In this document: positions 20,648 to 30,049 of the stretch, piece by piece | Layout: each line of letters begins with the position of its first letter | How positions within the stretch are numbered: position 1 is the first letter of the stretch | Assembly: GCA_963748625.1 (NCBI GenBank) | Contig: CAVVJT010000010.1 | Coordinates: 960,001-1,024,000, forward strand | DNA length: 64,000 nt | Direction: 5' to 3' | Source: an uncultured Chloroflexia bacterium | Lineage (GTDB): Bacteria; Chloroflexota; Limnocylindria; Limnocylindrales; CSP1-4 | Made by a program: the position numbers and the translations under genes | Notes under the pieces: model-generated | What the model saw: the letters and a program-made list of their open reading frames with translations, nothing else | What the model was told of the DNA's origin: nothing | Database searches by the model: none

Positions 20648-20818
20648 CCATCCGCACAAGGATGGTTTGACGGATCTATCCGTGGAGGAATGGAATCCGT
20701 GGAGTCCGTGCAGGGCTCGGACCCTGGACCCGGGGTTCGGTGCGTGACCCCTGCACGGCCCGGGCGGATCTCATCCCCACGGGGATTGTTGGCCGAAATC
20801 GATCCGCGCAGGAATGGA
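20648..20818 (+). repeat. Palindromic intergenic element family C, copy 1 (171 bp)
   Basis: Near-colinear with reverse complement of 44547-44717; two internal units ending AGGAATGGA. Confidence 0.85.
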
Positions 20819-20992
20819 TCGCCGAACCGATCGGCGTGAGGATGGAACCGGGGGCGAGCGAGAACGGGCAGGCCCGACCGGAGCCGGTCCGCGCGGCTGC
20901 ATGGTTCATGGCCACGCAGGCTAGGCTGCGGGAGGCCGGCGCACTTGCCATCGCGAGCCGGCGCAAGCCACGGAGCCCTACGGAGCTGCCTG

Positions 20993-22159
20993 ATGCCGAT
21001 GACGCCCCGCGAGCGGGTGCTCGCAACCCTCGCCCACGAGGTCCCCGACCGTGTGCCGATCGTGCTCGGCCCGTCGAATGCCACGGGCATCAAGATGGCG
21101 ATCTATCGCCGGATCAAGGCCCTGGCGGGGATCGAGGCGCCGGACGCATACCTCTATGACTGGCCGGAGCTGGGCACAGCCTCGCTCGACGAGGCGACGT
21201 ACGAGCGCCTGCACGTGGACGTGCGCGGTGTGCTCGACCACTTCCCGGCCGCCGTTCGGGCCCGCAACGCCGCTCGTGCGCCGCACACCCCCTTCATCGA
21301 CGACTGGGGCTCGGGGCAGATCGAGGGCCGTGAGGGCGAGTGGTTCCCGGGCTTCCACCCGATCCCCGACGTCGTCTCGATGGACGAGCTCGTGGACTAC
21401 CCGTGGCCGGACATGGCCGACCCGACACGGTTCACGGGCGTGCGGGCCGAGGCGCAGCGGCTCCGCGACGAGGGCGTCTACGCGACGCTGGGCGTGCCCT
21501 GGCTGGCGTTCCCCCTCGAGCGGGCCTTCGCGCTGCAGGGGACGGACAACTTCCTCGCAAGCCTGGCGGCCGAGCCCGACTTCGCCGAGGCGCTGCTCTG
21601 GCAGACCCAGACGCTGTGCAAGGGGCTGCTCGACGGGTTCCTGCGCGAGTGCGGCGATCTCCTGGACATGGTCAAGATCGGGGACGACCTGGGCTCGCAG
21701 GTGGGCCTGCTGATGTCGCCTGCGATGTACCGGCGGATCCTGAAGCCCATCCATGCGGACCTGATCGCGTTCATCAAGGCGCGGACCACGGCGCCGGTCG
21801 TCTTCCACACCGATGGCGACGTGTACGACCTCCTGCCCGACTTCATCGAGATCGGGGTGGACGTGCTCAACCCGGTGCAGGCGTCGGCCGGCGGCATGAG
21901 CGACTTCGCGGGCCTCAAGCGCCGGTTCGGCGAGAACCTGGTCTTCTGCGGGGGCATGGACACGCACCACGTGCTGCCGCACGGCACCCCCGACGAGGTC
22001 CGCGCGGAGGTCCGCCGCGTGATCGCGACGCTGGGCGAGGGCGGCGGGTACATGCTGGGCGCCGTCCACACGGTGATGGGCGATGTGCCACCGGAGAACG
22101 TGCTGGCGATGGTGGACGCCGTCGAAGAGTTCGGGCGCTACAGGCCCCACGGGCGGTAA
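20993..22159 (+). CDS. Uroporphyrinogen decarboxylase-family protein (MtaA/CmuA-like)
   Basis: MTPRERV..PDRVP, GDDLGSQ, FHTDG, GGMDT, VPPENV. Confidence 0.88.
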   Translation: MPMTPRERVLATLAHEVPDRVPIVLGPSNATGIKMAIYRRIKALAGIEAPDAYLYDWPELGTASLDEATYERLHVDVRGVLDHFPAAVRARNAARAPHTPFIDDWGSGQIEGREGEWFPGFHPIPDVVSMDELVDYPWPDMADPTRFTGVRAEAQRLRDEGVYATLGVPWLAFPLERAFALQGTDNFLASLAAEPDFAEALLWQTQTLCKGLLDGFLRECGDLLDMVKIGDDLGSQVGLLMSPAMYRRILKPIHADLIAFIKARTTAPVVFHTDGDVYDLLPDFIEIGVDVLNPVQASAGGMSDFAGLKRRFGENLVFCGGMDTHHVLPHGTPDEVRAEVRRVIATLGEGGGYMLGAVHTVMGDVPPENVLAMVDAVEEFGRYRPHGR

Positions 22160-22186
22160 GGTTCACGCCATGAGAAGGTCCGCCTG

Positions 22187-22933
22187 ATGCGCCTGTACGC
22201 CATCGCCTGCGACGTGGTCGCACGCCCCGTCTACCTCTGCGCCGCGCGCTCGAAACATGTCGTCGACCTGCGGCTGTATGAGCGGGGGCTGCACAACGAC
22301 CCCAAGAACCTTCGCGAACGCCTGCAGGAGGCCATCGACGCGGCGCCCGCGAACGCGGACGCGGTGGTGCTGGGCTACGGCCTCTGCGGCGGGGCGACCG
22401 CGGGCATCGTGGCCCGCGACAAGCCGGTGGTCCTCCCGCGCGCACACGACTGCATCACGCTGTTCCTCGGTGCGCGCGAGCGCTACGCAGACGAGATGGC
22501 CAAGCCCGCCACCTACTGGTACGTCGCCGACCAGCTCGAGCGCAAGGACGGCTATCGGGCTGGTGTGGGCGGTCTCGCCATCGGCTCCGACACGGACGCC
22601 CAGGTGGACGCCATCCGCGCCGAGTACGTGGAGAAGTACGGCGAGGACAATGCGGACTACCTGATGGAGATCCTGGGTGGCTGGCGGGCGCACTACGGGC
22701 GAGCGGCGTTCGTGTCCATGGGGGTCGCGGAGGAGGCCGGGCCTGAAGGGGAGGCGCGCGAGGAGGCCGACCGGCGCGGCTGGGCCTTCGAGCGGATGGA
22801 GGGCAGCATGGTGCTGCTCAAGCGGCTGCTCGACGGCGACTGGGGCGACGACATGCTGATCCTCCAGCCGGGCGAGCAGCTCGCGATGAGCTACGACGAC
22901 GACGTGGTCAGGGCGGTCCCGATCGAGGTCTGA
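22187..22933 (+). CDS. DUF1638-like protein associated with corrinoid systems
   Basis: IAC..GLH..P, LGYGLCG, HDCITLFLG, EKYGED. Confidence 0.82.
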   Translation: MRLYAIACDVVARPVYLCAARSKHVVDLRLYERGLHNDPKNLRERLQEAIDAAPANADAVVLGYGLCGGATAGIVARDKPVVLPRAHDCITLFLGARERYADEMAKPATYWYVADQLERKDGYRAGVGGLAIGSDTDAQVDAIRAEYVEKYGEDNADYLMEILGGWRAHYGRAAFVSMGVAEEAGPEGEAREEADRRGWAFERMEGSMVLLKRLLDGDWGDDMLILQPGEQLAMSYDDDVVRAVPIEV

Positions 22934-22975
22934 CCGCGGATCTACGGCGCGCGGGGCTACTCCGGCGCTGCGGCG

Positions 22976-24016
22976 CTACTCCGCGCCGAGCCGGCCGTCG
23001 CGGAACGCCGCCACGTACTCCCCGCCGAACGGGTCCCGCCCGAGCAGCATGTCGGCCGCCAGCCTGTACGGCTCGCTGTCGCGGTCCGCCGCGAAGACAC
23101 GCGCGAGGTCGGACGCGACCGGGTCGATGATCCCGCTGTCGATGCCGGCATCCGCAGCGAGGTCGATGAACGTGTCGTTGAGGAGCTTGCGGTTGGGCAT
23201 CCCGAACGACACGTTCGACAGGCCGCCCGTCAGGTGGATCCCCTCGCCGTACTCGACACGGAGCTGGCGGGCGCAGTCGAGGACGTGGTTGGGCGCCTCC
23301 GGCTCCACGGCCACCGGCAGCACCAGCGGGTCCACGTAGAGCAGATCGCCCGCGATGTTGCGGGCCATCGCAAGCTCGATCAGCGTGATGGCGTTGGCCA
23401 CGCGCTCGTCGGCGTTGGCGGGCATCCCGGACGCCCCGCTGGCGGCCAGGATCGCCGCGCAGTCGAACTCGGCCGCGAGATCCAGCACGTCCGGCCGTTC
23501 GATCGACGCGGAGTTGAGCAGCAGGCGCCCGGCCGGCGCCGTGGATGCCGCGACGCCCGCCGCAAGCACCGCGACATCGGACGAGTCGATCGCGACGGGA
23601 ATGCCCGCGGTCGCCTCTGTCGTCACCACGAGCCACGCGATCGCCTCGGCGCGGCGCCCGGAATCGGCCGAGACCTCGTCGGCGTTGAGATCGAGCCAGT
23701 CGGCGCCGGCGGTCTCCTGGCGCCAGGCCAGCGTCTGGATGTAGCGGGCCGCGGTGTCCGCATGCTCGGCGCCGGCGAGGCCCCACAGGATGGCGCTCTG
23801 CACGTGCTTGATCCTGCCGTTGGCGAAGTCGCGCGCCGCCGCAACATCAGGGTGGACGGGCAGCACGAGCGATGCCCCGTCAGGCGCCGTGAACGCGATC
23901 CCGACCACGCCGCCGCCGAATTCCACCGCGTGTTTCCCGGCCTTCTTGAGGACGCGGGTGGCGTGGATGTTCTCGCCGACCACTTGGAACGGCGTGCCGC
24001 CGCGATCGAGCTTCAC
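22976..24016 (-). CDS. Pterin-binding methyltetrahydrofolate:corrinoid methyltransferase (AcsE/MtgA-like)
   Basis: VGENIHAT, LDLN, IDSS, LLNS, YVDPL, GLSNVSFGMP. Confidence 0.88.
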   Translation of the reverse strand: MKLDRGGTPFQVVGENIHATRVLKKAGKHAVEFGGGVVGIAFTAPDGASLVLPVHPDVAAARDFANGRIKHVQSAILWGLAGAEHADTAARYIQTLAWRQETAGADWLDLNADEVSADSGRRAEAIAWLVVTTEATAGIPVAIDSSDVAVLAAGVAASTAPAGRLLLNSASIERPDVLDLAAEFDCAAILAASGASGMPANADERVANAITLIELAMARNIAGDLLYVDPLVLPVAVEPEAPNHVLDCARQLRVEYGEGIHLTGGLSNVSFGMPNRKLLNDTFIDLAADAGIDSGIIDPVASDLARVFAADRDSEPYRLAADMLLGRDPFGGEYVAAFRDGRLGAE

Positions 24017-25813
24017 GCGTGGATGTCCTTCTTCGCTGCGGGAGGTGCGGGCGGGGCGTCTGCGCCGGACTCGAGCGCCGCCTTCGCGGCCTCCGCGCGG
24101 CCGTAGTGGTCGCGCCCGAGGAAGGTGTTCGCCCACGCGCTCGTCCGGCGCAGCTCGTTGTCCTGCACCATCGGCTCGCGGTCGAGCATGGCGAGCTCCT
24201 CGCCGTACGGCTTGAGCCGCTTGTAGGCATCGGCCCAGACACAGGTGTGGCCCGGGACCTCGCACTGCCCATCGTGGGCGCCGCCGCACGGTCCGTTGCG
24301 CTGGTTCTTCTGGCAGTGGCTCTCGGGGCACAGGTAGGCGATGTCCGGCAGGGAGCAGTCGCCGCAGTCCCGGCAGTCGAACATCGGCAGCTTCGCCGCC
24401 TCCTCCAGCACGTGGAGCGGCTTCTTCACGTGGTACCGCTCGGCGGTCTCGTACACGCGCTTCCAGACGTCGAACCCGGGCGAGCCCGGCTCGAACACGC
24501 GCGAGTGGAGCACGCGGTTGAGCTTGTAGAACGGGTCGACGGTCGCACGGGCCTTCGCTCGAGCAGCGGGCGTGAGCGAGCGCGCGTACCCGCGATGCAG
24601 CTCGGCGGTGTTGAGCCCGGCGCCGTCGCTCTCGAACGGCTGGAACGAGCCCGGCAGGCCCCAGCTGACGTCCTTCACGAGGGAGCGCCAGTCATCGGCC
24701 GGATGGGCGTCCGCCATCTCCATGATCTTCGCGATCTCGCCCGCATCACGGTGTCCGCTGATGTAGATGCCGGCCATGCCCACGCCGCGCGACACGATCA
24801 GCTGCTTGGCCGCGAACTCGAGGAAGAACGCGCGCCCCTTGTCGGTGGCCTTCGCCTGCTTCTCGGCCAGCGCAAGCAGGTCGTCGGTCACCACACATCC
24901 GGGCACCTTGCCCGCGTTGAACGCGCGGGCGACCGGGGCGGACAGGATGTACGCGTTGCCGACCACCGGCACCGCTGAAGCCCTCGCGGTCCATCCAGCG
25001 CAGCAGCGTGTCCTGGCGTCGCGCGTCATAGCCGACCTGCGTGATGGCGTAGTCGGCGCCGGCGCGGACCTTCATCTCCAGCTTGAGGAACTGCGGGATG
25101 AGGTCTCGCTCGAGCCGCTTGAACGGGTCGATCGCGCAGCCAAGCCAGAAGCGGTTGCCATCCGGGTCCGGGGCGCCGTCGGCTGTGGCCTTCGCAACGG
25201 CCTCTTCGCCCAGCGTGCGCAGCAGCGCAAGGAGCGACACGGAGTCGATGTCGAAGACGGGCCTGGGTCCACCCTCCCAGCCCCCGGCGGGGTAGTCACC
25301 GGTGAGGGCCAGCACGCTGTTCAGGCCGCGGGACAGGAGGTTCCAGCCCAGGCTCTGCATGGCGTTGCGGTTCCGGTCCCGGCATGCGACGTGGACGATG
25401 ACGTCATGGCCGTGCTTGGCGGCCTCCTCGCCCAGGACGTCCGGCGGCAGCTTCGCGAACCCGCCCGCGTTGTCGGTGATGGAGAGGGCTGTGATGCGGC
25501 TGTTGCCCGCGAGGTCCGCGGCCATCTTGAGGGGCTTGCCGCCCTTGGCGTCCTGGAGGGCGCCCGCCCAAGGGACCAGCTCCACGATGGTGGCGAACCC
25601 GCCCGGATCCTGCAGCGTGCGGCGGAGGGCGCCGGGGCCCATGGGCGTTGACGGGGTCACGGCTTGCACCTCGGGGGCTGGAACGATCTCGACCGCGGAC
25701 TCCGGCGCGGACTCCTGGGCAGCCTCGACTGCGGGCTCAGGAGCGGGCTCTGGCGCGGGCTCTGGCGCGGGCTCGCCCGCGGCTTCCTCGCTGGACTTGG
25801 GCTTCTTGCTCAC
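24013..25813 (-). CDS. metF: Methylenetetrahydrofolate reductase fused to a C-terminal MetV-like Cys-rich domain; +1 frameshift near 24973
   Basis: SITDNAGG, HVACRDRN, LALTGD, GADYAITQ; CRDCGDC..CPESHCQK..GPCGG..CEV..CVW. Confidence 0.85.
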
Positions 25814-25832
25814 GGCTGGCTCCAGGGTCTGG

Positions 25833-27449
25833 CTAGATCCCGATCGGCTCGAAGAGGCAGCCGTCGGTGAACAGGTCGAAGAAGTCCGGTTCCGATTCGA
25901 GCTCCACGTGCGCGATCCGGGCGCACAGGGCCTCGAGCTCCGCCCGACGGTCCTGGCGTAGGAGCAGCGTACGCGCCCCAGCAATGGATGCGTTGCCGAC
26001 GCGCTCGATCCGGTCCTCGGGCGCCGGCACCAGCAGCCCGATGTCCACGGCGGACGCCGTGTCGATCGCGTTCGCAAATCCGCCGGCAAGGTAGACGCGG
26101 TCGAGGTCCTCGGGCCGCAGGCCCAGCTTGCGCAGCAGCACCCGCTGGCCGACGGCCGTGGCCGCCTTCGCGATGGACAGGTGGCCGATGTCGCTGCGCG
26201 AGAGGGTGATCGGCCGCTCCGGGACCACCAGCACCTCGTGGGCCTTGTCCGCGTAGCTGCCGCGCTCGGTCATCCAGTCGGCCCGGCGCAGCTCGGCCAG
26301 CAGGTCCACCAGGCCCGACCCGCAGATCCCCTCGGGCTCGGCATCGCCGATGACCTTGATCTCGAACCGACCGTCCCGCAGCGCGACCTTCTCGATCGCG
26401 CCGTCGGCGCCGGGCATCCCGTAGCGCACGCCACCGCCCTCGAACGCGGGTCCGGCGGGGCTGGACGCCGCCAGGACCCGCGTCCCGTCGGACGCGATGA
26501 TCTCGCTGTTCGTCCCGATATCCACGAGCAGGAAGGAGCCGCCCCGCTCGATGGCATCCACCGCCACCAGGTCCGCCGAGGCATCCGCGCCCACGTGGCA
26601 GGCGACCAGCGGGCCGCCCGTGATGCGCGCCTGCGGGTTGACCAGGAGCCCCAGCTCGTGGCCCTTGCGGGTGACCGTCGTGGTGCTCGACGTCCCGCTG
26701 CGCCATGCCGTCTCGGTGGCCGAGCGATACGGGAGGTGCCCGAGGGGCCGGATGTCCAGGTCGAAGAAGAGGTCGCGCATGGTGGGGTTGCCGACCACGT
26801 AGGCATCCACCAGCTGGCGCCGGTCGATCCCCAGCTCGCCGCACAGGCGCTTGAGTTCGTGGTTGAGCGCGCGCCGCAGGGCCAGGCGCATCTCGCCCGG
26901 CACGTCGCTGTCATAGCTGATGCGGGTCATCACGTCCGACCCGCCGAAGCGCTGCGGGTTCTCGAGGCCCACGACCGCGAGCACGGCGCCCGTCGCCAGG
27001 TCCACCACCTCGAGCACCACCGTCGTCGTGCCCACGTCGATCGCGATCCCCAGGGCCGGCCCGTGGGACGCCCCGATGTCGGTGCCGTCGGAGGCGCGGT
27101 ACCGCCCGTCCACCACGGTCACGGCCGGGTCGGTGTCCACCTCACCGGTGGCCTCAGGGGCCAGCAGCACGCGGAGCCGGCGGCGCAGGATCGCGAACTC
27201 CACGTCACGGTCCGCATGCTCCACCACCGCCTGGCAGGCGAGGCGGAACGCCGGCCCGAGGAACGTCTCCTCCTTCGTGCGTGCCGAGAGCTGGTCCCCC
27301 CCGGTCCGGATCTCCACCACGCACTCGTGGCAGGTTCCGGCACGCTTGCAGGACGCGGGGACGACGACCGACAGCTGGCCTGCTTCGTCGAACAGCGAGC
27401 GACCAGGGACGAGCGGACGGCGCTCGGCCCCGTGGATGACATGAGGCAT
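25833..27449 (-). CDS. ASKHA-family corrinoid reductive activator with N-terminal 2Fe-2S domain (RACo-like)
   Basis: SCKRAGTCHEC..RLACQ; DVGTTT; DIGTNSE; GPAFEG; GICGSG; LAGGFA. Confidence 0.92.
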   Translation of the reverse strand: MPHVIHGAERRPLVPGRSLFDEAGQLSVVVPASCKRAGTCHECVVEIRTGGDQLSARTKEETFLGPAFRLACQAVVEHADRDVEFAILRRRLRVLLAPEATGEVDTDPAVTVVDGRYRASDGTDIGASHGPALGIAIDVGTTTVVLEVVDLATGAVLAVVGLENPQRFGGSDVMTRISYDSDVPGEMRLALRRALNHELKRLCGELGIDRRQLVDAYVVGNPTMRDLFFDLDIRPLGHLPYRSATETAWRSGTSSTTTVTRKGHELGLLVNPQARITGGPLVACHVGADASADLVAVDAIERGGSFLLVDIGTNSEIIASDGTRVLAASSPAGPAFEGGGVRYGMPGADGAIEKVALRDGRFEIKVIGDAEPEGICGSGLVDLLAELRRADWMTERGSYADKAHEVLVVPERPITLSRSDIGHLSIAKAATAVGQRVLLRKLGLRPEDLDRVYLAGGFANAIDTASAVDIGLLVPAPEDRIERVGNASIAGARTLLLRQDRRAELEALCARIAHVELESEPDFFDLFTDGCLFEPIGI

Positions 27450-27684
27450 TCCCAGAGTCTCGCGTGCGCGGTCAAGTGACCGGATGGCCGACGGACACGT
27501 CTTCCACGGGACCTTCCGCCCTGTACCAAATCGCAACCTTCCGGCGACGCTGGCACGAGTCTCTGGTGACGCAACACACCATCGACCGGATCACGGCGCG
27601 CTGGTATGCCTCGCGTGTCGAGCGAAGGCGCCCCCGAGACGAGATGAGACCCGGGCGGTCCCGGGCGTGGAGGAGAGCAAGCAC

Positions 27685-28332
27685 ATGAGCGAGGAACTGT
27701 TCGCCGGCCTGAAGCAGGCGGTCATCGACGGCGACGCGAACGCCGCAGCCGAGCTGGCCCAGAAGGTCCTGGCCGACGGGGTCTCCCCGCTCGACGCGAT
27801 CGACAAGGGCCTGGTCCCCGGGCTGTCCTGGGTCGGCGAGGAGTTCGGCAAGGGCGAGCTGTACCTGCCGGACATGATGCTGGCGGCCCGCGCCATGCAG
27901 CGCGCCACCGCGATCCTCGAGCCCGAGCTCAAGGCGCAGTCGCAGCAGCGGTCCGTCGTGGGCCGCGTGGTCCTGGGCACGGTCAAGGGCGACATCCACG
28001 AGATCGGCAAGAACCTCGTGGGCATGATGCTCGCCACGTCGGGCTTCGAGGTGACGGACCTGGGCGTGGACGTGGCCCCCGAGCGGTTCGTCGAGGCGGC
28101 CCGGGAGTTCAACGCTGACATCGTGGGCGTGTCGGCGCTGCTGACCACCACGATGGCCGGGCAGCGGACCGTCGTCGAGCAGATGGCGGCCGCCGGGCTC
28201 AGCCCCAAGTGCAAGGTCATCGTCGGCGGCGCTCCGGCGAGCGCCAGCTGGGCGGCTGAGATCGGCGCCGACGGCTACACGGAGGATGCGATCGGCGCGG
28301 TCGCCCTCGCGCGCCAGCTCGTCAGCGCCTAG
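27685..28332 (+). CDS. Methyltransferase cognate corrinoid protein (MttC/MtaC-like)
   Basis: GDIHEIGKNLV (DxHxxG), VSALLTTT, IVGGAP; GGAGGAG RBS. Confidence 0.95.
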   Translation: MSEELFAGLKQAVIDGDANAAAELAQKVLADGVSPLDAIDKGLVPGLSWVGEEFGKGELYLPDMMLAARAMQRATAILEPELKAQSQQRSVVGRVVLGTVKGDIHEIGKNLVGMMLATSGFEVTDLGVDVAPERFVEAAREFNADIVGVSALLTTTMAGQRTVVEQMAAAGLSPKCKVIVGGAPASASWAAEIGADGYTEDAIGAVALARQLVSA

Positions 28333-28514
28333 GCGTCGGCGTCACCGCGCAGGCGTCGCACGCCCCCTGCGCCCCCTGCGTCCCCCGCGTCCCGCGTCCC
28401 GAGCACCGGCGCCGCCCCGGCTCTCCCGGGCGGCGCTCACGGGTCCCGGCTCCCCGATCACGAGCCGGCGCAACGGATCATCTGCCGGGCCCGGGACCCG
28501 GCTGGAGGCAGCAG

Positions 28515-29981
28515 ATGTTCACCACCGCGATGGCGGCCACCGACAGCCCGTCGCGTCCCTCGCTCCAGATTCTCTCGCCCGAGGCGATCCGCCGCATCCA
28601 CGAGGCCACCCTCGAGATCATCGAGACCGTCGGCGTCCGGTTCCCATCCGAGCAGGCGCTCGACACCTGGGAAGCCCACGGCGCCACCGTGGACCGGGCG
28701 ACCTCCATCGTCAAGGTGCCGGCCCACGTCATCGAGGCGGCGCTCCGGACCGCACCTCCCGTCTACACGCTGGGTGCGCGGCGTCCCGACCAGGACCTCC
28801 CGCTCGACGGGAAGCACGTCCACGTCGCCACCGACGGCTGCGGCATCGAGGTCCTGGACCCGTGGACGCTCGAGGTCCGCCGCTCCGTCCTCGCCGACAC
28901 CGCGGACATCGCCCGTGTCGCCGACGCGCTCGACGCGATCTCCTTCCACTGGGTCGCGGTCTCCGCGCAGGACGTGGACCCGGCGGTCCGCTCGGTGACC
29001 GAGCTGGCCGCGATCTTCCGCAACTCCACCAAGCACGCCCAGACCGAGAGCGTCGTGTCGGCCGCCGAGGCGCGCACCGCCATCGAGATGGCCCGCGTCA
29101 TCGCCGGCTCCGACGAGGAGCTGCGCCGTCGGCCGCCGCTCTCGCTGATGCAGTGCACGATCTCGCCGCTCGCCCACGACGGCGGCCCCATCGAGGCGGC
29201 CCTGGTCGCGGCCGAGGCCGGCATCCCGGTCGGATTCATGACCATGGCATCGTGTGCGTTCTCCGGGCCGGCCACCGTGGCGGGCTCGCTGATCGTCGGC
29301 AACGCCGAGGTCGTCACGGCCATGGCGCTCATGCAGCTGGCCTACCCGGGCTCGCCCGTGTACTACGCGGCCGCGCAGACAGCGATGGACCTGCGCTCCG
29401 GCGCGTACACCGGCGGCGGCCCCGAGGACTTCCTGTTCGGTGCGGCCACCAACGAGCTGTCCGACTTCTACAACGTGCCGCTCTCGATGGGCGCGTTTGC
29501 CACCGGCGACAAGACGTCAGGCTGGCAGTCCGGCCTCGAGAACGGCCTCTCGTCGTTCATGGCGACGGTGTCCGGCGCGGACATGCTGCTGGGCGTGGGC
29601 CTGCTGCACGGCTCCCGGATCTGGTCGTACGAGCAGATGGTGCTCGACTGCGAGATCAGCGGGATCGTCAAAGCGGTCGTGAACGGCATCCCCACCGACG
29701 ATGCTGCCCTCGCGCTCGAGGCGATCCGCGAGGTGGGGCCGGGCGGCGAATACCTGACCCTGCCGCACACGCGCTCGGCGATGAAGGGGATCTGGAAGGC
29801 CACGTACCTTGACCGCCGGCCGTACGGCCAGTGGCAGGGCGACCCCGACAAGTACCACCGCGACGCGCTGGAGCGTGCCCGCACGCTGCTCCGCGACCAC
29901 CAGCCCGAGCCCCTCGACCCGGCTGTCGACGCGGAGCTCACCCGACTCATCGCGACCCACGCGCCGGCCATCGTCGGCTGA
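28515..29981 (+). CDS. mttB: MttB-superfamily methyltransferase, non-pyrrolysine type
   Basis: IHEATLEIIETVGV, ISPL, GPATVAGSL...NAE, DLRSG, SYEQMVLD, VGPGGEYL; no amber codon. Confidence 0.92.
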   Translation: MFTTAMAATDSPSRPSLQILSPEAIRRIHEATLEIIETVGVRFPSEQALDTWEAHGATVDRATSIVKVPAHVIEAALRTAPPVYTLGARRPDQDLPLDGKHVHVATDGCGIEVLDPWTLEVRRSVLADTADIARVADALDAISFHWVAVSAQDVDPAVRSVTELAAIFRNSTKHAQTESVVSAAEARTAIEMARVIAGSDEELRRRPPLSLMQCTISPLAHDGGPIEAALVAAEAGIPVGFMTMASCAFSGPATVAGSLIVGNAEVVTAMALMQLAYPGSPVYYAAAQTAMDLRSGAYTGGGPEDFLFGAATNELSDFYNVPLSMGAFATGDKTSGWQSGLENGLSSFMATVSGADMLLGVGLLHGSRIWSYEQMVLDCEISGIVKAVVNGIPTDDAALALEAIREVGPGGEYLTLPHTRSAMKGIWKATYLDRRPYGQWQGDPDKYHRDALERARTLLRDHQPEPLDPAVDAELTRLIATHAPAIVG

Positions 29982-30049
29982 CGTTCCCGCCCATCCCGGT
30001 GCCGGCCCCGGAGTCCTCCGGGGCTGGCACGCAACCTGGAGACCTCCGC

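Noticed and set aside
27450-27684. Sigma-54 promoter or cobalamin riboswitch in the divergent spacer
   Set aside because: TGGCACG lacks the -12 GC at the correct spacing, and no B12-box is recognisable.
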